Part shown: positions 40,236 through 50,143 of the stretch, piece after piece | Layout: each line of letters starts with the position of its first letter | Numbering within the stretch: the stretch's first letter is position 1 | IMG/VR virus record: IMGVR_UViG_3300011335_000900 | Location: 32,001 to 96,000 of that record | DNA: 64,000 nt | Strand: one strand, 5' to 3' | From: a virus | Made by a program: the position numbers and the translations under genes | Notes under the pieces: generated by a model | Told to the model about the DNA's origin: nothing | Database searches by the model: none | What the model saw: the letters and a program-made list of their open reading frames with translations, nothing else

Positions 40236-40249
40236 TATTTATATGTGAT

Positions 40250-43111
40250 ATGGCTGAACAAATTAAAAGAAAAGTTCCAATCCAGTGGGTTCAAACTATA
40301 AAAGATGATGGAACCTATGAATTTACTCCTGATCCTAACGTATATTCTACAGAAAAAAATGTACCTTCAACAAACGTAATTACTTTACAAAGTACTGTAA
40401 TTGATGGTATTGATACTACTAATAGATTTTTATATAACTCTGCAGGAACTGCAGTATTATCTTGGGAAAGTTTAAATTTAACAGATCAATATGGTGTTGG
40501 AAGTGTAGATTGGGGAGGAAGAGTCCTAGTATCTACAGGTGGTAATAGAGTATTAAATTGGCAAAATGATTTAAATCTCATTTCTCCTGTATACTATACA
40601 AGTGAAATTGTAAACATTACTCAAAATCTTTTTTCTGCAACATCATCATATGCAGGAAAAACAATTCAAGGTTCATCCTCAGCTGCTTTATATGATGTTG
40701 TAGCTTATGATAAAGATACATTTACTTGGAATCCAGTAGCTACAAAATCAACCCAAGCTACATATGTTTTAGGTATTTGGCTTCCGGGCAATCTTGTATT
40801 ATTAGAAGGAGAATTAGTGGTACATGATGATTATGGAACTTTTGGTCCTTATATAGCAGGTCATATAGGAGGGGCTCCAATATATTTACAATCAGATGGA
40901 GTAGGTGTAATGGATTGTACTCCCCCAACAGTCTCACCAAATATAGTTAGAGTTTTAGGATATACCTACTATAAAAACACAACATCAGGAGGTGATTGGA
41001 TCATGAAATTTTCTCCACAGGATTATGTATCTTCTCCCACTATTCCTGCAAGTGCATCATATGCAACTAGTGCTTCATATGCTCTAACAGCCCAAACTTT
41101 ATTAGGATCAGTTACTAGCGCATCATATGCAACTAGTGCTTCATTTGCTTTAACTGCTTCATTTGTAAGAACAGCACAAACGGCTTCATATGTTCAAAAT
41201 GCTATAAGTTCAAGTTTTGCTACAACAGCATCTTACGTTCAAAATGCTCAAACGGCATCATTTGTTCAAAATGCACAAACAGCAAGCTATGTTTTAAATG
41301 CAGTAAGTTCAAGCTTTGCTTCAACTGCTTCATTTGTTCAAACGGCTTCATATGTAGAAACATCCCAAACAGCTTCATACGTTTTAAATGCAGTAAGTTC
41401 AAGCTTTGCTTCAACTGCTTCATTTGTTCAAACGGCTTCATACGTTTTAAATGCTCAAACGGCTTCATACGTTTTAAATGCTATAAGTTCAAGCTTTGCT
41501 TTAACAGCATCTTACGTTCAAAATGCTCAAACAGCATCTTATGTTCAAAATGCACAAACCGCTTCATTTGTTCAAAATTCAATAAGTTCAAGCTTTGCTT
41601 CAACAGCATCTTACGTTCAAAATGCACAAACAGCATCTTATGTTCAAAATGCTCAAACGGCATCATTTGTTCAAAATGCTCAAACGGCTTCATACGTTTT
41701 AAATGCTATAAGTTCAAGCTTTGCTACAACGGCTTCATTTGTTGTAAGTGCTTCATATGCTCAAACTGCTTCATATGTTAATACACTTAACCAAACTGTA
41801 TTAATAACTGGTTCATTAACAGTAGGTGCAACTTCTGCAGGAGCTAGCGAAAACACACTAACTTTAGGAGCTCGTGATGCTGCTAATGAAGGTGGACAAA
41901 TAGGATTTAATGCCCCTGGAGGAACATATACCTCAGCATCATTTATTGATAACTGGCAAAATAAAGCTAGAATATTAAAAGGAAATAATACTACAAGTAC
42001 CGGATTAATAGCTCAGTGGGATATACATACCACTCAAATGCAACTTGCAGGATATACAGCAGCCTCTTCCTTTCCAGGAACTGCAACAGCTAATTTAGCA
42101 GTAGATTCTGGTGGAAATGTTATAACGGTATCAACAACAGGAGGAACAGTTTTCCCATATGTAGGAAACGCAGTAATAACTGGATCTTTAACTACCACAG
42201 GTATAATTTATGCCCAACCAAATGGAGGTATGTACTTCCAAGGTGGTGATGATGCTGCACTATATGATATTAACGTATCAAACCATATGGGTATATATGG
42301 GGTGCAGGATTCTACAATAGCTTCTATTAAATTAGGAAGTGGTGGTGGAATCATATCAGGTAAAAGCAACAATATTGGGATTGGTACTATTAACCCCACC
42401 TCCGCTTCTTTCCAAGTAAATGGAAATGTTTGGGCAAATTCATTTACAGGAAGTTTATTAGGTACCGCTTCATATGCTTCTCAAGCACTATCAAGTTCAT
42501 ATGCTTTAAGCGCATCATATGCTTTAAATGCAACTACATCATCTTATGCTTTAAATACTTTAAGTTCTTCATATGCTCAAACCGCCTCATTTGTTCAAAA
42601 TACAATATTTAATCCACGATTAGTAGGATTTTCTGTAGCAAATGGCACTACTATAACAGGACCGGGTTCAACAAGTCCTAGAATATCTACTGAAATTACA
42701 ATCCCTGCAGGTACACTAGCAACTAATTCAATTATTGAAATGATATGGATGTCAATTAGACTTTCAGGGGCAGGCGGAACAATTCAATCTGCAGTTTATT
42801 TAAGTACTAGTAGTGGAACACTTGGTAGTAGTCCAACAGTAGGATCAACTTTACTAGCTACAGGAGCAAATATGATTTCAACAAATGTTATTGTAAAAAA
42901 TGTTAGAGATCTTAATAAACAAAGTACTAGTGGAACAGTAGCAAATGCCGCTACTCAATATGGTTCAGATTTTGGTCTTCAAACAGTTGTAACATCATTT
43001 ACAATTAATAATTCTAGTACATTATATCTTCAATTTTGTGTTTCATCTACTGGACCAGCAGACACTTCTTGTATTAGAAATGTTAGAATAACAGAATATA
43101 AAGCAGTATAA
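40250..43111 (+). CDS. Fibre protein with TASYVQNAQ repeats
   Basis: Late promoter; S/T/A-rich; 9-aa tandem repeats. Confidence 0.7.
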   Translation: MAEQIKRKVPIQWVQTIKDDGTYEFTPDPNVYSTEKNVPSTNVITLQSTVIDGIDTTNRFLYNSAGTAVLSWESLNLTDQYGVGSVDWGGRVLVSTGGNRVLNWQNDLNLISPVYYTSEIVNITQNLFSATSSYAGKTIQGSSSAALYDVVAYDKDTFTWNPVATKSTQATYVLGIWLPGNLVLLEGELVVHDDYGTFGPYIAGHIGGAPIYLQSDGVGVMDCTPPTVSPNIVRVLGYTYYKNTTSGGDWIMKFSPQDYVSSPTIPASASYATSASYALTAQTLLGSVTSASYATSASFALTASFVRTAQTASYVQNAISSSFATTASYVQNAQTASFVQNAQTASYVLNAVSSSFASTASFVQTASYVETSQTASYVLNAVSSSFASTASFVQTASYVLNAQTASYVLNAISSSFALTASYVQNAQTASYVQNAQTASFVQNSISSSFASTASYVQNAQTASYVQNAQTASFVQNAQTASYVLNAISSSFATTASFVVSASYAQTASYVNTLNQTVLITGSLTVGATSAGASENTLTLGARDAANEGGQIGFNAPGGTYTSASFIDNWQNKARILKGNNTTSTGLIAQWDIHTTQMQLAGYTAASSFPGTATANLAVDSGGNVITVSTTGGTVFPYVGNAVITGSLTTTGIIYAQPNGGMYFQGGDDAALYDINVSNHMGIYGVQDSTIASIKLGSGGGIISGKSNNIGIGTINPTSASFQVNGNVWANSFTGSLLGTASYASQALSSSYALSASYALNATTSSYALNTLSSSYAQTASFVQNTIFNPRLVGFSVANGTTITGPGSTSPRISTEITIPAGTLATNSIIEMIWMSIRLSGAGGTIQSAVYLSTSSGTLGSSPTVGSTLLATGANMISTNVIVKNVRDLNKQSTSGTVANAATQYGSDFGLQTVVTSFTINNSSTLYLQFCVSSTGPADTSCIRNVRITEYKAV
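41050..41790 (+). repeat. 27-bp coding tandem repeat (TAS(Y/F)V(Q/L)NA(Q/V/I))
   Basis: acagcatcttacgttcaaaatgctcaa variants; same units at about 44525-44870. Confidence 0.9.
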
Positions 43112-43115
43112 AAAT

Positions 43116-43322
43116 ATGGAAAATATAACTAAAATACTAGGAGGATTTACAATAACAAATTTGAATACAATTTTTTTGTATGAAGGTAATTACGAAATTT
43201 TAGAAAATGATTACATACATGTATATACAAATCAAGGTATTATTTATCTTAATTTATCATATACTATAGAAAACCAATCATTTACTAACATTAATGATTT
43301 TATAAATTTTTTAATTGATTAA
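43116..43322 (+). CDS. Small hypothetical protein downstream of the fibre gene
   Basis: Starts 5 nt after the fibre gene stop. Confidence 0.5.
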   Translation: MENITKILGGFTITNLNTIFLYEGNYEILENDYIHVYTNQGIIYLNLSYTIENQSFTNINDFINFLID

Positions 43323-43435
43323 ATTAATATAAAAACTTGTGTCTTACCAGGGGCGTCTCAATAGAAGGATGGGAATGGTATGATGAATCACCTATTAAAG
43401 AACAACCTACAGATACCACATAATATTTATTATAT

Positions 43436-43780
43436 ATGTCTACAAGAATTCCATTCCAATGGAACACAGCTAATTTTAAATGGGATGCTATAAATCCAAC
43501 TGATGGAAAAACATATCCACTAAATGAAATTGTAACAGGAACAAATAGATGGGATGATTGCGCTTTAATTATTGAATTAATTAATGTAGGAGGAAAAGGG
43601 CTTGGCAGTTATTTAAAAAAACACCCTGAAAAGAAAAAACGATTTATTAAACTTTTATGTCAAGTTGAGGGCATAGAATACAAAGAAACTAAAGAGGTAC
43701 TAAATCGTCAAATACGTATAACGGATGTAACACTAGTGGCTAAAGAAGTACTAGGAATTGATATTAAAATAAATAGGTAA
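43436..43780 (+). CDS. Hypothetical protein
   Basis: Late promoter at 43423. Confidence 0.55.
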   Translation: MSTRIPFQWNTANFKWDAINPTDGKTYPLNEIVTGTNRWDDCALIIELINVGGKGLGSYLKKHPEKKKRFIKLLCQVEGIEYKETKEVLNRQIRITDVTLVAKEVLGIDIKINR

Positions 43781-44325
43781 TGTATATATTATACACAGAT
43801 AAACAAGAAGTATTTGAATGTTCTATATCACTAGAGGGTGCTTCTGTAAAAAATAGTCAAGCACGTTTAATAGTAGAATCAGATAATTTAAACCTTTTAT
43901 TTAAAGGAACTATTGACTCTAACGGTAAATGTACCGTTCCTATTAAAAAATTAAAAAACTTATTAGAAGAATCAACAAAAGGCAAAATAAGGCTTGAAGT
44001 TATAGCAGACGATACGTATTTTACACCATGGGAATCAAATTTTGAAGTAGAAACAGCAAGAAAGGTAACAGTAGAAGTGAAATCACAATCAAATCAAAAT
44101 ATTATAGCTGAATCTAAACCATCAATTAGTGTAAGAAACATTAAAGCTGGAGATCATATTCAAAATTTAACTCGAATACTTGTAAAAGAAAATATTGGCT
44201 TAACTAACATGGCTTCAAATAAAGTTAAATTAAATAATATTATATCTTCTTACTTAAAAATAAATAAAATCAGCAATGATGAAAAAAGCGGAATAATCGA
44301 AGGAATTATTCAAACATTAATATAA
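43780..44325 (+). CDS. Hypothetical virion protein (Ig-like N-terminus)
   Basis: Beta-rich N-terminal half; TAATG coupling to the upstream gene. Confidence 0.5.
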   Translation: MYILYTDKQEVFECSISLEGASVKNSQARLIVESDNLNLLFKGTIDSNGKCTVPIKKLKNLLEESTKGKIRLEVIADDTYFTPWESNFEVETARKVTVEVKSQSNQNIIAESKPSISVRNIKAGDHIQNLTRILVKENIGLTNMASNKVKLNNIISSYLKINKISNDEKSGIIEGIIQTLI

Positions 44326-44334
44326 AAATAAGTT

Positions 44335-47300
44335 ATGGCAGGACCTTTCGATTTAACAGGTCAAGATATTGAAAACACATACCAACGTGTTCTTCAAACA
44401 GATGGAACAGATATATATGATGGAACCGGATCATTATTTACAATTTCAGGTAACATTAATACAGGATCGTTTGTAACTACATCTTCATTCAATTTATATA
44501 CAGGTTCAAATACCTCACAATTTGCAGGTACTGCTTCATTTGCTCAAACAGCATCTTACGTTCAAAATGCTCAAACTGCTTCATTTGTACAAAATGCTCA
44601 AACGGCATCTTATGTTCAAAATGCTCAAACAGCTTCATACGTTTTAAATGCAGTAAGTTCAAGCTTTGCTCAAACAGCATCTTACGTTCAAAATGCTCAA
44701 ACTGCTTCATTTGTACAAAATGCACAAACGGCATCTTATGTTCAAAATGCTCAAACTGCATCCTATGTTCAAAATGCTCAAACAGCATCTTACGTTCAAA
44801 ATGCTCAAACTGCAAGCTATGTTTTAAATGCAGTAAGTTCAAGCTTTGCTACAACAGCATCTTATGCAGCTAATGGAGGTGTAACAAAAATAATAGCAGG
44901 TGGAGGAATCACAATATCCCCATCATTAGGTTTAGGAGATGTAACAATCAATTCCACAGCCGCAACCTTTAATACAGCTACTGGCTCATATGGTAGTTTT
45001 TACGATACTGGATCACAAACAGCAACTAGTGCTACTGTAATCTATTCAATGTCTTTAAGTACAACAGATATTTCAAATGGAGTATTTGTTAGCGGATCTG
45101 ATAAAACTAGGGTATATGTTACTAATGCTGGAGTGTATAATTTTCAATTTTCAGCCCAGTTTAGAAATACTGATACTAGTGATGAACAGCATGTAGCGGT
45201 TTGGGTAAGAAAAAATAATATTTCATCTGCTAACGATATAGTTGATTCTAATAGTTTTATATCTGTTTCAAAAGCTAAAGGAGGAAATCCTGGAGAAACT
45301 ATAGCAGCTTGGAACTTTTTCTTACAATTAGCAGCTGGAGATTTTATTCAATTATTATGGCATGCTGAAACAGCTAATGTAATTACACTAGAAACAATAC
45401 CAGCGGGTGTTTCCCCAACCCATCCTAGAACCCCATCATTAATTTTAACAGCAAACCGAGTAGATACATTCCTTTCAAACACTGGATCATTTAGTGGATC
45501 ATTTACAGGAAATTTTACCGGATCTTTACTTGGAACCGCTACAACAGCAAGCTATGTTTTAAATGCTGTAAGTTCAAGCTTTGCTACAACTGCATCATTT
45601 GCTACAACGGCTTCATATGCTTTAAATGCTTTAAGTGCCTCATATGCACCAGACACAACATTCCCATACACAGGTAGTGCTTTAATCACAGGATCTTTAG
45701 GTGTAACAGGTTCAATTTCTACATCTGGTTCAAACGGAACCATTAATGGTTTATTTTTTAGCAGAGGTGGTGGAAATGTTTCCACAAATATCTCAATTGG
45801 TGCAACAACAAACTTTGGCTCCTCTGCAACAGGTACAAATAATTTTGCAGCGGGAAGTGGATCTTTAAGCAAAAATACAACAGGGTGTTATAACACAGCA
45901 ATAGGAAATGCTGCTTTATCTAAAAATACAACAGGAAAATACAATACAGCAATAGGGAGATATGCTTTATGTTCTAATACAACAGGAAACTGTAACATTG
46001 CTATAGGTCAAAGTGCTTTAATCTTAAATACAATAGGTGTAAATAATTTTGCAGCAGGAAGTAGTGCTTTATCTAATAATACAACAGGATGTTATAACAC
46101 AGCAATAGGACTAAATACTTTACGCGATAATACAACAGGATGCAACAACATAGCAATAGGAACTATTGCTTTACGTAATAATACATCAGGATCCAACAAT
46201 ACAGCAATAGGACGTGCTGCTTTACTCGATAATACAACAGGATCCAACAATACAGCAATAGGATGTTATGCTTTACGCTGTAATATAGTAGGAAACCACA
46301 ATACAGCAATAGGATGTAGTGCTTTATATGCTAACACATCTGGATCAAATAATATAGCATTTGGCCAAAGTGCAGGAAAGTGTTTTTCCGGAAGTTCTTC
46401 AAACAATATAGCTATTGGATTTGAAGCAGGTCCCTCAACATTAACTCAAGAAAGCAATAAATTATATATAGCATCGGGCTCCGGTACACCACTAATAAAA
46501 GGTGATTTTGCTGCAAAAACAGTAGATATTTCTGGTTCTTTAACAGCAACATCCCTTACAGGTTCACTTTTAGGAACGGCCTCAAATGCTGTAACGGCTT
46601 CCTATGTTTTAAATGCAGTAAGTTCAAGCTTTGCTTTAACAGCATCCTTTACTCCAAATGCTTTAATAACAGCATCTGTATCCTCAAATACAATTACATT
46701 CACTAAAGGTAATGGTACAACGTTCCCAATCACCGTAAGTGGTGGAGGAGGTGCAGCATTTCCTTTTACAGGATCCGCTTTAATCACAGGATCTTTAGGT
46801 ATAACAGGTTCAATTTCAACTAGTGGCTCAAACGGTACTATTAATGGTTTATTTTTTAGCACAGGTAATGGAAATGTTTCCACAAACATATCAATTGGTG
46901 CAACAACAAACTTTAGTTCCTCTGCAACAGGTGGGTATAATTTTGCAGCTGGAAAGGGTGCTTTAAAACGTAACACAGCAGGAACCCATAATACAGCAAT
47001 AGGATATAAAACTTTATGCTTTAATACAACAGGATTATTTAATACAGCAATAGGACGTTATACTTTATCCTATAATACAACAGGAAACTACAACACAGCA
47101 ATAGGAAATAGTGCTTTATATTGTAACACTTATGGACACTCTAATACAGCAATAGGAAATCAAGCTTTACGAGCTAATACAACAGGATATCATAACATAG
47201 CTTTAGGAGGTGGTTTAGGATCAAACACTACAGGAGCCCACAATACAGCAATAGGAGAACGTGCTTTACGCAGTAATACAACAGGATACAACAATACCGC

Positions 47301-47601
47301 AATAGGAAATCGTGCTTTAATCAGTAATATAACAGGATATCATAACATAGCTTTAGGAGAGAGTGCTTTATCCTATAATACAACAGGACTTCACAATATA
47401 GCTTTAGGAGCTGGTGCCCAATCAGGTGATTACTCCTATTCAGTAATTTTAGGAAAAGATGCTACAGCAACAGCAAATAATCAATTTGTAGTTGGAGCAC
47501 AATATACTAATGTAGGAACTGTTGTTGCCGCAAGTTGTAGCTCAACAAAATATTGGGAAGTTATGATTAATGGGGTTTTAGAAAAAATACTATTAGCTTA
47601 A
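44335..47601 (+). CDS. Long tail fibre/adhesin: TASYVQNAQ repeats, C1q/TNF-like domain, two blocks of 17-aa beta-solenoid repeats
   Basis: Repeats seen directly; GVYNFQFSAQF..LAAGDFIQL C1q-like motif. Confidence 0.8.
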   Translation: MAGPFDLTGQDIENTYQRVLQTDGTDIYDGTGSLFTISGNINTGSFVTTSSFNLYTGSNTSQFAGTASFAQTASYVQNAQTASFVQNAQTASYVQNAQTASYVLNAVSSSFAQTASYVQNAQTASFVQNAQTASYVQNAQTASYVQNAQTASYVQNAQTASYVLNAVSSSFATTASYAANGGVTKIIAGGGITISPSLGLGDVTINSTAATFNTATGSYGSFYDTGSQTATSATVIYSMSLSTTDISNGVFVSGSDKTRVYVTNAGVYNFQFSAQFRNTDTSDEQHVAVWVRKNNISSANDIVDSNSFISVSKAKGGNPGETIAAWNFFLQLAAGDFIQLLWHAETANVITLETIPAGVSPTHPRTPSLILTANRVDTFLSNTGSFSGSFTGNFTGSLLGTATTASYVLNAVSSSFATTASFATTASYALNALSASYAPDTTFPYTGSALITGSLGVTGSISTSGSNGTINGLFFSRGGGNVSTNISIGATTNFGSSATGTNNFAAGSGSLSKNTTGCYNTAIGNAALSKNTTGKYNTAIGRYALCSNTTGNCNIAIGQSALILNTIGVNNFAAGSSALSNNTTGCYNTAIGLNTLRDNTTGCNNIAIGTIALRNNTSGSNNTAIGRAALLDNTTGSNNTAIGCYALRCNIVGNHNTAIGCSALYANTSGSNNIAFGQSAGKCFSGSSSNNIAIGFEAGPSTLTQESNKLYIASGSGTPLIKGDFAAKTVDISGSLTATSLTGSLLGTASNAVTASYVLNAVSSSFALTASFTPNALITASVSSNTITFTKGNGTTFPITVSGGGGAAFPFTGSALITGSLGITGSISTSGSNGTINGLFFSTGNGNVSTNISIGATTNFSSSATGGYNFAAGKGALKRNTAGTHNTAIGYKTLCFNTTGLFNTAIGRYTLSYNTTGNYNTAIGNSALYCNTYGHSNTAIGNQALRANTTGYHNIALGGGLGSNTTGAHNTAIGERALRSNTTGYNNTAIGNRALISNITGYHNIALGESALSYNTTGLHNIALGAGAQSGDYSYSVILGKDATATANNQFVVGAQYTNVGTVVAASCSSTKYWEVMINGVLEKILLA

Positions 47602-47702
47602 ATTTATTCTTTTAAAATCTTTATATAGCAATCAAAAATAAATTAAAACAAAACAAACAACAAACACAACAAACAAAATAAACAAACTAAACAAACAAAA
47701 CA

Positions 47703-47975
47703 ATGGAATCTTTAACACCAAATCCTCAACAATCAATAAGCGCAGCTTTTGATTCAGTTAATTTAATTAACAATACTATTTTAGAAATAGTAAATGATAA
47801 TAACAAATCTACCGTTACAAGAAATGTTCAACATTTAGAAATAATGTTATCAAAAGAATGGTTTTCAGAGGCATTAACACAACAACAATTAACAGATATT
47901 AATAGTTGTATAGCAAATGGAAATTCATACACTACAGAACCTATTATAGAAGATATAGTAACTGAAGAAGTATAA
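47703..47975 (+). CDS. Small protein after the fibre gene (possible chaperone)
   Basis: DSVNLIN..RNVQHLEIML; long A/C-rich leader. Confidence 0.5.
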   Translation: MESLTPNPQQSISAAFDSVNLINNTILEIVNDNNKSTVTRNVQHLEIMLSKEWFSEALTQQQLTDINSCIANGNSYTTEPIIEDIVTEEV

Positions 47976-48040
47976 TTTTGTAAAAAACATTTGGAAATTT
48001 TAAAAAATTTCTGTATGTTAATTTATATTAAATAAAGTTT

Positions 48041-48862
48041 ATGGATAAAAAAATCTTTTACAATGCATCCCTCCCACGGGCGGGATCTACATTATTACAA
48101 AATGTAATGATGCAAAATCCTGAAATTTACTCAACTCCAACTTCAGGTATAATAGAATTTTTGTTAAACGCAAGAACTATTTATACAACAGGAGATGCCT
48201 TTAAAGCACAAGATGCTGAAACTATGAAAAATGGTTTTAAAGGTTTTTGCAAATATGGATTACAAGGTTTCTTTAAAGGAATAACAGAACGTCCTTACGT
48301 AATGGAAAAAAGTAGAGGGTGGTTAGGCCATTATGATTTTCTTGAATTCTTTAATGAAGAAAAACCAAAAATCATATGCATGGTGCGAGACTTAAGAGCG
48401 GTATTTGCCTCTATGGAAAAAAACCTACGTAAAAATCCAGATAAAGATTCACTTATTATCAATAATGTTGAATTAAAAAATATGACTACGGTTTCTCGTA
48501 TAGATCATTTTTCAATTTCTCCTCCAATTGGTCCTTCAATGGAATGGTTAGCAGATGTTGTTCATAGAGGATTAGATAAAAATATTTTATTTATCCGTTT
48601 TGAAGATTTTACTACTGACCCAGAAACAGAAATTAAAAGAGTATACAATTATTTAGAATTACCATATTTTCAACACGATTTTAACAATGTTGAACAATTA
48701 ACTCAAGAAAATGATATCATACATGGTATGTTTGGAGATCATAAAATTCAACCTAAAATAAAACCCGTAAAAGATGATTACATTGAAATTTTAGGTCAAG
48801 AACAAAGTGATCGATTAAGACAACATTACGATTGGTATTTTAAAGCATTTAATTATATTTAA
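48041..48862 (+). CDS. Sulfotransferase
   Basis: LPRAGSTLL PAPS-binding loop, EKSR, MVRDLRAVFAS, IRFEDF. Confidence 0.88.
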   Translation: MDKKIFYNASLPRAGSTLLQNVMMQNPEIYSTPTSGIIEFLLNARTIYTTGDAFKAQDAETMKNGFKGFCKYGLQGFFKGITERPYVMEKSRGWLGHYDFLEFFNEEKPKIICMVRDLRAVFASMEKNLRKNPDKDSLIINNVELKNMTTVSRIDHFSISPPIGPSMEWLADVVHRGLDKNILFIRFEDFTTDPETEIKRVYNYLELPYFQHDFNNVEQLTQENDIIHGMFGDHKIQPKIKPVKDDYIEILGQEQSDRLRQHYDWYFKAFNYI

Positions 48863-48870
48863 AAAAGGTT

Positions 48871-49296
48871 ATGATTTATTGGTTTACAGGCCAGCCAGGA
48901 GCTGGAAAAACAGTTTTAGCAAACGCGTTAAAACAGCAATTAGAAAATACATTTCACATAGATGGTGATGATTTACGAGATATATTTGATAATAAAGATT
49001 ATAGCGAAGATGGACGCCGTAAAAATATTGCTTTAGCTCAACATATATCCCATTTCCTATCTAAAAAAGGATGTAATGTAGTTGTTTCTTTAGTTTCCCC
49101 ATATAAAGATCAAAGAGAAGAATTTAAAGAAAAACTTGAAGATTTAATTCAAGAGATTTACGTTCATACAACAGATATTAGAGGTAGGGAAAATTTTCAC
49201 GTAAAAGATTATCAACCCCCTACATCAAATTATATTAACATAGACACAACAAATATTTCAGTTGAAAATTGTATAAACAAAATTATAAAGTTATGA
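48871..49296 (+). CDS. cysC: Adenylylsulfate (APS) kinase
   Basis: WFTGQPGAGKT, IDGDDLR, YSEDGRRKN, SLVSPY, YQPP. Confidence 0.88.
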   Translation: MIYWFTGQPGAGKTVLANALKQQLENTFHIDGDDLRDIFDNKDYSEDGRRKNIALAQHISHFLSKKGCNVVVSLVSPYKDQREEFKEKLEDLIQEIYVHTTDIRGRENFHVKDYQPPTSNYINIDTTNISVENCINKIIKL

Positions 49297-49697
49297 AAAA
49301 TTGGAGTAAAAAAGTACACGTACAATCATCTCTAGAATCTAAGCCAAATCAATATGCAATGTTTATTGGTCGTTGGCAACCATTACATGATGGGCATAAA
49401 GCATTATTTCAACAAGCTTTAGACGAAGGTAAAAATATCTGGATTGCAATCAGAGATGTTAAAACAACAGAATCTAACCCATTTAATGCTCAAGAAGTAC
49501 TTGAAAATATTGGAAACGAATATAAAGAACTTTGTGGACAAGGTAAAGTTAAAGTTAGTATCATCCCTGACATATGTTCAGTTGAATTTGGTAGAGGAGT
49601 TGGCTATGATATTATTGAACACACACCACCACAAGAAATACACGATATATCAGCAACAAAAGTTAGAGAACAAATGCGTAAAGAAGGAAAGTTATGA
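49293..49697 (+). CDS. HxGH nucleotidyltransferase (possible minimal ATP sulfurylase)
   Basis: FIGRWQPLHDGH, NPF, GRGVGY, ISATKVR; likely ATG at 49293 overlapping the cysC stop. Confidence 0.75.
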   Translation: MKNWSKKVHVQSSLESKPNQYAMFIGRWQPLHDGHKALFQQALDEGKNIWIAIRDVKTTESNPFNAQEVLENIGNEYKELCGQGKVKVSIIPDICSVEFGRGVGYDIIEHTPPQEIHDISATKVREQMRKEGKL

Positions 49698-50140
49698 ATA
49701 CAAAATCTCAAAAATTCCAAATTAGATTTAATACAGTATCTACATGCGAAGAAGACCGTTGGCGTTTAATTACCGATGGTGAAGAAATTTTAGTATCTAA
49801 CATTGTAGTAGATGGACACACATCCACTTCTAAAGATTGGATGCAAGATATCAAAGATTACAAATGGCATATCAGCTGTGAAGGATATGTTAGTATTAAA
49901 AATAATATAGCATATATAGTAACCATCAAAGAGGAATCAGTGATGACTCGACACATATTAAAAACAATATCGTATCGTATTTTAGGAACATTAACTACAG
50001 TAACAATAGCTTATTCTTTAGGTGCTTCTTTAGAAGTTTCATCTATGCTTGGAGTAGGTGAATTAGTACTTAAACCGGTAATTTATTTCTTTCACGAACG
50101 TGTTTGGTATAAGTACATTAGAATAGGATCAAAAAAATAA
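49694..50140 (+). CDS. Protein with C-terminal DUF2061-like membrane domain
   Basis: RHILKTISYRILGT...YFFHERVW. Confidence 0.7.
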   Translation: MNTKSQKFQIRFNTVSTCEEDRWRLITDGEEILVSNIVVDGHTSTSKDWMQDIKDYKWHISCEGYVSIKNNIAYIVTIKEESVMTRHILKTISYRILGTLTTVTIAYSLGASLEVSSMLGVGELVLKPVIYFFHERVWYKYIRIGSKK

Positions 50141-50143
50141 AAA

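Noticed and set aside
7750-47420. Classical diversity-generating retroelement acting on fibre repeats
   Set aside because: No reverse transcriptase or non-coding template repeat in the window, and scaffold adenines at silent positions are conserved; kept only as a repeat-variability finding
41050-47420. CRISPR array
   Set aside because: The repeats are in-frame coding units of 27 or 51 nt without unique spacers; no cas genes
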